A stretch of 64,000 nucleotides of DNA, taken from assembly GCA_025786725.1 (NCBI GenBank), contig JAHLTZ010000016.1, positions 434,001 to 498,000 of the forward strand, read 5' to 3'. Below the pieces are notes generated by a model. It did no database searches. It was not told the origin of the DNA and saw only the letters and a program-made list of their open reading frames with translations. Positions 53,627-64,000 of this stretch are shown here, piece by piece (within the stretch, counting starts at the first letter, position 1; each line of letters starts with the position of its first letter). The translations under genes were made by a program, and so were the position numbers. This stretch comes from Syncephalis fuscata S228. Taxonomy: Eukaryota > Fungi > Zoopagomycota.

Positions 53627-54208
53627 GCGCCGTAGCGCTTTACTTTTTGCACCTTGCGATGGTTATTATTTTGCTTAAGCTGCAGCGGGAAGATCGCGCG
53701 CGATTTTACCGAAAACTACAGGTGCGTATGTGCATTTTTGTTCCAGTGTCGGACTGTATACACTGAACTATAGTTATTTATATTCATTCCATTTTAACCA
53801 AGTCATTAAAGATTTAAAGGTATGTTTAATTGAACTAGGAATACAGTTATTATACTATAATTGGTATTAAATAGATTACCTATTAACATTATTATGCCGT
53901 GATATGATAATCATTTACGAATTGATCCATATAAATTATACGGTTGGTTTAATGTTTTTTGCTTATATTTTTGTTAAATAAACAGCCAATAAGATTATAT
54001 AAGCATTGATGCTAAAGATATAGTATTTTATTTGTATATGACTAAATAAATTATGTTAAAATCTGAATACATATAACTAACAACAAATAGGTGGTTTTTA
54101 ATGGAAAAGCGTGTTTATTAAAATAGATAATATTATAAATAAAGCGAATATACAAAATATATTGTATAAATAGTAATAAAGCTATAATATAGATTATTGA
54201 ATAAGAGT

Positions 54209-55133
54209 AATAATTTGACCTTTATAATCAATACAATTAAAAGTGGATAACAGCATTTATCAATAATAATTGACTGCTAGACTATACAGTATATACAGTA
54301 GAATGAGTTTATAACAAAAAAGCATGAGCAATAGTACGTAAAGTATAAAATACATGGCTCAATAAATACAATAAATAAAGTGTGTTGAAGCATATGGTGC
54401 ATATAATATATTTAGTATATTGTAGAGTAATATACAGTAACAATTACATGAGTGGATAGAAGATATATGAGCACAAGTTAATGATGGTGCTGATGATTTG
54501 GTTGTTAATAATATTCACCACCAAGTTTCATGTTTGATAGAACGAACATCTAGTTCAATTGAGTAGATATTATTAAAACAATCACTTGGCACTCAAATCA
54601 TATGAAATGGACAATAGACTATTAAAGCAACATGTGTTTTAGTTTAAAATGATATACAATAGAACTGGGCATATTATTACTATTTCAACAGCTTAGGAAT
54701 AGCAAACAGGCTGGAAAAACAATATGCACTTTTAATAAATATGGTATACACTATCGTATACCTAAATTGTCGTAATGATATTATATTGCATCAATCTAAT
54801 GGTAAATAAACTGCAACGGTTGCTTTAATTCAAATCAACAAGCTACAATTGCATTAAAGCAAACGTAAAAAAATGTTTATTGATTAATAAAAGTGTGTAC
54901 TGGTTATGCTAATTGCATATGGTAACCGAATATGCTAAACGCTTGTTTTGCGCATATTCAATCAAATGATATAACTGGATGTTTAAAATATTGAGTAATT
55001 TTAATAATTATGACCGTAAAGACGATCACGATAACTGTGATGGGAACTAGTCATATTTGATCTAATTTTAATTACTTAATATGGTAATTGCATTAATTAT
55101 ATTTTATTGATGTGCTATTTGGTGGCTGTAATA
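54209..55133 (+). repeat. 925-bp direct repeat, copy 2
   Basis: Near-identical to 41474-42398. Confidence 0.95.
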
Positions 55134-55313
55134 ATCTGGTATTTGTTGCGGTGACACAGGTAAATACCCCCTCGCGCTCCTCTTCTACCGCCTTTTTTTC
55201 TCCTGACTACCCATTTCCTTCGCTCTGATTCACTATTCTATTTTACCACGCTACCTATCTACACAAAACGAACCATTTACTAGTCCAGAACACGAATATC
55301 TAAACATATCTTA

Positions 55314-56726
55314 ATGTGGTCGATCAGATTTTCACGGCATTACGACCAACCAATACTACTACCAATTTGTTTTTTACTGATATTATGTAGCTGCTTGTTC
55401 GCCGGTGTTTACGGCCAAGAAGCTGTAAAACAAAGTGCCAAAAGTAAGCTGATTGTATTCAAACAACGGCCTGATCCAAGTATACTTGAGCAGCATGGAA
55501 TACAGTTGCTATCATTAGGAAATATGTATTATGCGGCTGGAGAGTTTGCCGATAATGTCATGGAGCAATTAAATCAGCTTGGCATAATAGACTGGTCCGA
55601 AGACAACAACTTTATCAAACTAGATGTCGGCCCGCCCGCCGTTCAGCTCAACGTATCCAGCTGGGGACTTGACCGTATTGACCAGCATAAACTTCCGTTG
55701 GACGGTGTCTATAACTACCCGTCTTCTGGCGGCAAAGGCGTATATGTATTCATTATGGATACAGGTGTGAATGTAGATCATGTTGATTTTGGTGGTCGGG
55801 CAGTGAATGGCGCTATTCTAGGCGGTTCGGCAGGAAAAAGTCCCACCGATGATCAGGGACATGGTACATTTGTTGCAGGAGTCATAGGCGGAAGCCATTA
55901 CGGCGTAGCAAAAAATGCAACGCTTATTTCTGTCAAGATATTGAACAAAAGAGGCATTGGCACTTCTAGTGATGTTATAGCAGGCCTAGCCTGGATATTA
56001 GAACAACACTTGGCTTCAAAAGAAAAAATGTCGATTATAAAGTGTGTTTTATTAATTAGTAGTAGAATCAAATTGCTAACTTGTAAATTAGTCTATCATT
56101 AGGGGCAGATTTTAATCGGTCTATTAATCGAGCTGTTGAACAGATTATTCAACGGGGTATTGCTGTTGTGGTAAGTGGCTGCCTAATGATCAATCAATCA
56201 ATTGACACTTACGTTGTTCTAGGTGGCGGCCGGTAATGGAGATGAAAATCGTGTTCCACAAGATGCGTGTAATTTCTCGCCATCCTCTTCACCGCAAGTC
56301 ATTACCGTCGGCGCTACTTCAAAAACCGATACAGTAGCCTCCTTTTCAAATTATGGTAAATGTGTTACAATTTTTGCGCCAGGTGTATCCATTACTTCCT
56401 TATCGTCTACCGATCCTGCTGGTGTTGTCACTATGAGCGGAACATCGTTTGCAGCACCCTTTGTTACTGGAGTTGTGGCCTTATTGCTAGGAGAGGCAGG
56501 ACCTCTTCCACCCGCTGAGATCAAACGTCGTCTGGTACTTGGTTCTACACAGGGCTCGATAAGCGGATTAAGAAAGGGGGATGGCACACCTAATTTATTA
56601 CTCTACAACAATATCGACACTTCGCCGTATAAAGGAAAATCCAACGGAGGATCCAAACTATTCGATTACACTTGTTTGTCGACACTATTTGCATGTTTGT
56701 GGCTTGCTACTGCCATAGAACTATAA
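55314..56726 (+). CDS. Subtilisin-like (S8A) serine protease 4, probable GPI tail
   Basis: Signal peptide, WGLDRIDQ, FIMDTG, GHGTFVAG, AAGNGD, SGTSFAAP; tail SNG...LSTLFACLWLATAIEL. Introns near 56042-56091 and 56171-56222. Confidence 0.92.
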
Positions 56727-57826
56727 CATATTTATATATGTATAACCAACGTCAGTAGCGTTTTTTATTTTATACCAATGATCTATAACGGGATTAATCA
56801 AAAGCCACTTGCTACAAAGATTTTTATTTTATATGCTTGATTAACCATTATGTCATTGTTATGCTGAATTTTATCTATCACGTCAACCAATTACTAATAG
56901 TTACGTAGTAATTATGATAGAGTGGATATAAATAGTTTGCAAACTCTTTTAATGAATATTATTTACATCGATTCACATATTGTGGCTACTATCAAAGTGT
57001 TTAATCGATCATTATTATCAATAACACTGTAGTGAAACAGAGTGTAGCTAAATGGTTTATTGGTAAAAATCTAACAATACTTTTATTTAGTTTAAACACA
57101 AGCTATTTCCGAACTATTAGCAATATTGGTATTTAATTCTATCAATGAATATATTGCTTGCATTTAAAGGTAGCAAGTAATGTTTTGGTTATTGATAATT
57201 TGTATGGGTGGTCAAACTGGTAGGCAGTAAACTAGTATTGGTAACTTGGCATTGGCCATTTAATGTATAAATGTCGTATTTGTAAGCAAGTACTGTAAAT
57301 TATTACTTAATTTTAGCAACAAATTGTAGAATATATGGCTATAAAATATGTAATATTATTAAGCCATAGTAACACTGAATAACATTGTATTATTATTACA
57401 GCATATAAATTGTTGTATTTACAAATTAGATGACGTTGATCGTATTGCCATGTCCATGCATTCAATTGTAATTATTTTTAGCTATTTATTAGCAAGAATT
57501 CCAAGGACATGACCTCAAATAGCATGGCTGTGTTACCAATATAGCCATAAGTTGCTTCAATTGTGCGCAGAGTCATCCTTTGCATTTCCAGTTTACGTAT
57601 GAGTCAGTCAATAACGAAGCGCGTTGATTCGCACACCAGCTCTCTACACTATCTGTTCTTTCAACTCACACGCACACTTGGTATAGCTTATTGTAGCACT
57701 CCGCTTCACACCGCAACCAGTCTTTGCTCTCTTACACACCGCTGATTGTTCAAACGAATTCTTTAATTCAGCATTCATACTCCTTATTGTTCATTTGTAG
57801 TTTAACATTGATCCTGGGCCGACATC

Positions 57827-59698
57827 ATGTTCCCTGGTGCTCAGTATCATGCCACGTATGGCAAACCGTCCAATCAGCCAGCGGGAGGTGGCTACCCACC
57901 GCCACCGATGGGATATCCTGGCCAGCCTTCTCCTATGAACAGTGGAGGTGGCTATCCACCACCACAGCAGCAAATGCCGGGTTCTGGCGGCTATCCACCG
58001 CCACAGTCGATGCCTGGATCTAACACATATCCGCCACCACCGACTCAAATGCCTGGAGGAGGACCACCACCGCCTTATGCACCACCACACCAAATGCCTG
58101 GTGCAAATAACATGTATCCACCACCACCTAATAATGGTGGCTATCCACCAACTACTAGTCCACCAGGTGGTATGTATCCACCGCCAGGCGGTAATGGCTA
58201 TCCGCCACCTAATGGGCCACCAGGTGGTAATGCATATCCACCACCTAATGGACCACCAGGCGGTAATGCATATCCGCCGCCTAATGGACCACCAGGTGGT
58301 ATGTATCCACCACCAGGCGGTAATGCATATCCGCCACCTAATAGTCCACCAGGAGGTAATGCTTATCCACCGCCACCAGGCGGTAATGGTTATCTGCCAC
58401 CACCGCCACCTAGTGGAGGATATCCGGGCCAGGTTGGAGGAGGCAATAGGCCAGGTGCAGGTAATCAAGGCTATGGACCACCACCACCACAGCAGCAATA
58501 TCAGCAGCCACCGCCACAGCAGTATCAGCAGCAGTATGGCAATGTTCAAGTATCCAATTGTACTGGCCGGCGTAGAGCATTGCTCATTGGTATTAACTAC
58601 GTAGGACAGGATGGAGAGCTGCGAGGTATGTAAATATATGTTATTTAATTGTAAATTAATCAAATATTCTTTTACGTGGTTTTAGGCTGTATTAATGATG
58701 TACGCAATATAAAGCAATTTTTAATAGAACTGCACAATTTCCGTGAATGTGATATGGTTGTGTTGACGGATGATCAACACGACCCTCGCTGTTCTCCTAC
58801 CCGCGCCAATATGATTGCTGGTATGCGCTGGTTAGTGAATGGCGCACAGCCAAACGATTCATACTTTTTCCATTACAGCGGTCATGGTGGACAGGTAGGT
58901 GATAAAGAAGTGTGTATTATTAAATGGAATATGTAATAACTATAAATTAACTACTTATAGGTGCGTGACACAGATGGAGATGAATCCGATGGATTCGATG
59001 AAACTATTTTACCATTGGATTACAAGAGTGCCGGGCAAATAGTAGATGATGTAAATGAATATTGATCAATAGTCAACTAGTGGCTGATTAGATTACTATA
59101 GGAAATTAATGCCATTATGGTACGTCCATTGCCACCAGGCTGTCGATTGACGGCTATTTTTGATTCTTGCCACTCGGGTACAGCAATGGATTTGCCTTTT
59201 CTTTATAATGAAATGGGCCAGCTAGTCAAGTCAAATAACAAGCAAAAGGTGACGCAGTCATTGCAACAAGCCTCGCAACAATATATGTCGGGTAATCTTA
59301 TGGGTGCGGTTGCTGCCCTTACTTCAAGTCTACAGAATATGCAAGGTAGTGGGCAAGCCGCTAAGATTACACAAGAGACGCGTGCATCGATGGGGGATGT
59401 TATTATGTTCTCGGGGTAAGTTTCTCCATCTCAGCCTTTGCTGTTTTACTAATATAGATTCTTAACCGGAAAATACAGTTGTATGGACTCGCAAACGTCG
59501 GCCGATACAAGCGTTCAAGGATTTGGTGCTACAGGCGCTATGTCATACGCCTTTATCACTGCAATGAGGCAGAATCCGCGTCAAACGTATACCATGTTAT
59601 TGGGCAACTTGCGCGGTATTCTTAATGGTAAATACTCTCAAAAGCCTCAAATGTCAACTGGTCGTCATATGGATATGAATACGTGGTTTATTATGTAA
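57827..59698 (+). CDS. MCA1: Type I metacaspase with Pro/Gly/Tyr/Gln-rich prodomain
   Basis: SNCTGRRRALLIGINY, LRGCINDV, catalytic HYSGHG and DSCHSG, QTSADT, GAMSYAF, KYSQKPQMS. Four short introns. Confidence 0.95.
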
Positions 59699-62142
59699 TA
59701 AATAAATGCCTTATCGCGCTACGATTATAATAATAAATGATCATTGTTGCTATTGCTAGCACTATTATTAATTAAATTTGAGGAATCATAAATTAATTGT
59801 ATAAATTTAATACAATACAAATGTATTATTATGGATATGTATCGATAGTAAAACAATGCCAAAAGCCAAAATGGCGTTTTATAATATTAATAAATATAAT
59901 TGTCTATTTGTGTATTAATTGGAGCACTAATTATTTTTATTTTAGAATATATCATGGCTGTTGCATTTATAATTAATCATAACGAGTAACTATGACGTCA
60001 ATGAATGTGATAATTAATACTATTCAGCTTTCAAGACTAGCAGTTTGTAATAAATAGAACGTGGTATTGCGTCATTTTCCTAATAATTACAATTACAAGA
60101 CTCGATTCAGAAGCAGTAGTAGATTGATATGGTATATAGAATACACGTGAAGGAATTTAATATGTTGATAGAGCAAAAACATTAGTACAATGACGGTATA
60201 ATACTATTATTGCAGGCTTATCCTAGTTCATTATACTACAAGTCAATGTAATTTACTAATACAATTGGTTTACTAATTATAGCCGTGTTAACGCACTGTT
60301 AGTAATGTGGTCTAAGGATTAGCCGTTGAATTACTACGTTTCATATGATCTTTGATAGTGCATGTGGCAATGTCTCTAGGACAATGCAACACAAACGCGA
60401 ACACATTCTCCAATCATAATGAACTGCATGCATGTGTCAGGTGACGACGGCAGCATCTAGGCGGATATAGGATGAACAATACGGGCCAGTGTATGAGGGT
60501 GGAGGGAGCGCGTGGCCATACAATGGTGGTCTTGTACGTACATTGCATGGATGCTCATCACAATGGTTGCGTGCTAGTAATATGCAAATGGAATTAGCAT
60601 TGTGCTTGACCAGGTCATATTCTTCCGATAAACCGATACAAACGACAGATAAACGGAGACTAGGCCAAGAAGAGGTAGGCAAGGCCGCGTATTAGCATGA
60701 TCTTACTGTGTTAACTGATCATCACTACATCGTGTAGATGTGCACAAGGTGACTGCATATTGATTGGCTCCTTTTCACTCTCATGCATCGTTCAGCCATC
60801 ACACAACGGCTGAGTGTGTTTTGCTTGGCTAAAGTGATGTGTGTGTAGAGAGCAAGAGAGTGATGTGTATATATTAGGCCAGACACTTTGTTTGGCCCAT
60901 GCTCGGGCTCCTTCCGCTTCCAGTTTGTTTCTCGTCGCTCGTCTGCTTTACACCGTCCCGGCTGTTCTGCTACTATTGCTGTTTGGCATATTCGACGTAC
61001 ATTCATTCTATTTAGTATTAGTCCCGAAGCGATTTGCTTACACTGTGCACTGTTTTATTTCTGCCGTGCAAGTAAACAACACAGCATTTCCCCACTAGCT
61101 GCACCACGTATAGTTAGTGAATTTGCTGACATTTCTTTTTATTGGTGCTGACAACTTTGGACTGCGCCAGTTCTATCTCTATCTATCTATCTAAATTTAT
61201 CATTACACTGTTGTATGTCACTGTAGCTAGCTATTTATTTTATTTTCCGTAATATCTTTTAGTTAGTTATAGGTAAGCTATTATGCGCGGGCTGTAGACT
61301 GAGTTCTTTGGCTATAATGCTGCCAAGCCAATTTATTTACTAACAGGCTGTAACTTGCTTTTATTTAGTTAATTTGTTATTATTGCCACGAGAAACTACA
61401 ATTATAATTACTTTACGTTTATAAGAAATACCGTGCAAAGCATTGGTTATTCTACACAGCAGTTTATTACTTCTACTACTTTGCGATACTTGCAACATTT
61501 AAGCGGAGATTTTCCATAGTCACGCTGTAACAAGTCGTCTCCTTTTTGAGACATCCTTGAAACTAAAACGGCCAGTGCAATAGCCTTGAGCACAGTTGCA
61601 TTTATATATACCTGTCAAGTTGTGTCAAGTATTAGTAAGGTATATTTCAAGCCTGGTGATACACAAGTTACTTAAATAGCTGTTGCTGTTCCGGGTATTT
61701 ACTTATTGGCAGGCCTTTACTTAACGTGCACGTTTACCCACGCTGGTGTTCTATTGCTTCACGCCCGCAATTTAGTTTAGGCATATTCATTACAAACAGG
61801 TTTAGTATCTGCATCAACGGTTGGTGCTTTTACTGCATAAACTACAGCTATTTGCATCGTTTTTACGCACTAAAGACAACACCACACATATTAACAGCAC
61901 CAGGACATACTTGTTTCTTTACTGGCCTGTGCGACCATTGTGCTTAACGGTTGCGTGATCTACTTGGTACAGCCTTGTTATTACGCTGTTGCTTTCATTA
62001 ATTTCTATATTTCACTCAAATACTCAACGTCAAGTGTCTGATTGTCTATTCAGTTTGGTTGCTAGCATTCCACTGGTACATTATCAGTACCGTCATTAAT
62101 AGCAGCATTGTCCGTACCAGCATTATTCGTATCCGCATTAGC

Positions 62143-62772
62143 ATGGACCTCGATTGGTGCATTCGTTGTGATAAACACACCAAGGTAATTAATTTGGTGC
62201 ATATAGGATTTAATGTTGTTTAACAAACTCTATTATAGGGTGGTTTATATTGCAGTGAATCATGCCAACTTGAAGATTATGCTCAAAACTCGCGAGCAAA
62301 TCGAGCTGCCGATCCATTGGGCATTCCCCGTCGGGCTACGTCCACTTCTATGGTTAGCCCGACACAGGGACCTAGTAGCGCCCATAATGAAGGCCAGCAA
62401 TGGCCGCCAAGTCAATATAATGGCGTCACTATTGTGAATGGTCTAGCTACACCATCTTCATCGCCTGAATATTTGATGCCTAAACAGCTACCGTATCAGC
62501 CGATGCAGCGTCGAACAGCCAGCCAGCCTCATAGCTTTATGGCATCTAACGCACAGACTCGTCCCGCGGCACATTTGCCGACCATTCCGACATGTGCAAC
62601 GACAGCAGCAGCAATGCTACGACAAAAGATTTTAGGCTATGGCCAAGACAGTGGTGCACTGGATACGACACAGCCACAGTATCCACGACCTGCACCGGCC
62701 CAGCGATCCACCTCGTCCTCCAATATCAGATCTACGAGCACTTTTCTGAATGGTTACGTTCCTTCTTTATAA
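62143..62772 (+). CDS. ECL1: Ecl1-family (extender of chronological lifespan) zinc-binding protein
   Basis: Exon 62143-62184 (MDLDWCIRCDKHTK), intron 62185-62238, then GGLYCSESCQLED. This is the C..CDK...LYCS..C...D signature, followed by a low-complexity tail. Confidence 0.8.
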
Positions 62773-63339
62773 CTGGCAACATTTGCGCCCAGGCTGTGTA
62801 TATTGAGGAGTTTCAGTTGTTATCATTTTCATTTTTCATTTTTTTTCAGAGCAATTTTGTTGGATGTACAGTAACTCTAAATGATGAGTTACAAACAATA
62901 AATTTCATATTCGATTCCCGTATTGCTTGAACTAGTTGATGATTACTGCTTTGTACAAATAAGCAGTGTCATTTATTGTTTATATCTAATTAATGTTATA
63001 TGAATTTGTGGTAGGTATTGCTATTGATATAGTAAGTGTGCTTAGCGTGTTTTATTAAATGTAATAACCATAATAAAATGTTCAATATTAATCATATATT
63101 TACGCAAATAACTGGGTGGAAAAGTATGTTGGGTATTAATAAATTAAATAGATGTATTAATACTAAAATAAATGATCGTTTAATAATTGCTGATTAGTAA
63201 AGTAAGACTGTAATCACATTGTCTAATACAATGCTTTACATTAGTTACTAGATGTTTTACATATTAGTAGCACATCTATGGAATAAGCCAATAGTGATAG
63301 AGTGCTATTAATTTGTTATTATTTTTATGTAGATAAATC

Positions 63340-63569
63340 AGTGGCTGTATGAGCTACCGGCCCACTCAACTGCGGAAAGGACCCGCAATTAAGCACGAGC
63401 GCTAAGATACTCGATTGCAATTGAATTGTTCTACGCCTGCTGCGACACTCGTCTCTGTGGATAAGCAGAAGATCGAGCAACTGACATTGGGAAACCAGAA
63501 AAAAGCAGGCGGCCGCACATAGTATTCCAGCTAGGCATAGTCGGTAGCCAGACGAGGTTGCCACACTGT
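63340..63569. ncRNA. Candidate structured non-coding RNA (family unassigned)
   Basis: GC-rich island with nested complementary segments: GTGGC/GCCAC, GCTACCGGC/GTCGGTAGC, GATACT/AGTATT, CGCCTGCT/AGCAGGCG. Hairpins TGCGG..CCGCA and TGG-GAAA-CCA. Confidence 0.4.
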
Positions 63570-64000
63570 TATTCCATCAATTGTGGGACATTATTTAACC
63601 ATTTATTTTGTTCCCAATACACACACACGTCTCGGCTTGTCATTCCTTCATTCTCGCCACATCTATCGTTGACTTGTAAGCGCACACACACGCATACCTA
63701 CTTTCACTATCGTCTTCTTTCCACTCTTGCCTGTTTACCTGTCGTGGTTTGCGTGTTGAACACAGGAAACGATTGGTGCATTCTTTGATTGTTTCCTTGT
63801 CGTTTTCATATAACTCACCGTTTGTTATAGTAATACATTTATACAATAACTTATATCACAAAGTAAGTAACTAGTAGTTGGTAGAAGAATAAAGTAAAAA
63901 GGGAATATGGACTAGTTTTAATGAGTATTAGCTGATTTATGCTATTAAATATTGGTTAACTGTAATCGCGATTAAAGAAAAAGAATATTATAAACTAATA

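Noticed and set aside
41474-55133. LTR retrotransposon interpretation of the 925-bp direct repeats
   Set aside because: No TG...CA termini, primer-binding site, polypurine tract, target-site duplication or gag/pol; the interior holds host genes.
57791-58663. 290-aa Trp-rich antisense ORF and 220-aa His-rich alternate-frame ORF
   Set aside because: Shadows of the CCA/CCG-rich metacaspase repeat region.
63325-63564. 79-aa minus-strand ORF with a hydrophobic N-terminus
   Set aside because: GTG start and no domain; the extensive base-pairing favours an RNA explanation, itself unconfirmed.

Overview
This is AT-rich eukaryotic DNA from an intron-rich fungus. The short introns, GC-AG donors, subtilisin expansion and Zn2Cys6 factors suggest an early-diverging lineage such as Zoopagomycota/Mucoromycota; that assignment is inference. 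The main discovery is at 2103-5692. What looks like an ~81-bp AT-rich satellite is a 44-exon gene: 43 related phase-1 introns separate 42 internal microexons (40 of 3 nt, 2 of 6 nt), so almost every codon is split by an intron. Spliced by hand it gives a stop-free 77-aa secreted precursor with a signal peptide, an RR site and a 46-aa 8-Cys mature peptide (GAGPECDACITKCLESVCQSDRNPYCHLYNREFCRISQRKCQSVCA). Other notable items: a decayed Fanzor/TnpB-like RuvC relic; a non-coding host gene with three intronic C/D snoRNAs (snR190-like, U14, U49-like); a 5S rRNA gene 8 nt upstream of a tRNA-Asp gene; four likely GPI-anchored subtilisins with GTSF instead of GTSM; a 297-bp-arm palindrome; a 925-bp near-identical direct repeat; and an unassigned structured ncRNA candidate. 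Other protein genes: MRPL25/mL59, a 7TM receptor-like protein, TCO89-like, two Zn2Cys6 factors, GST-zeta, an expansin/RlpA-like protein, RAD6, F-box/WD40, metacaspase and ECL1-like. Five single-base frameshifts in four otherwise intact genes probably reflect assembly indel errors.
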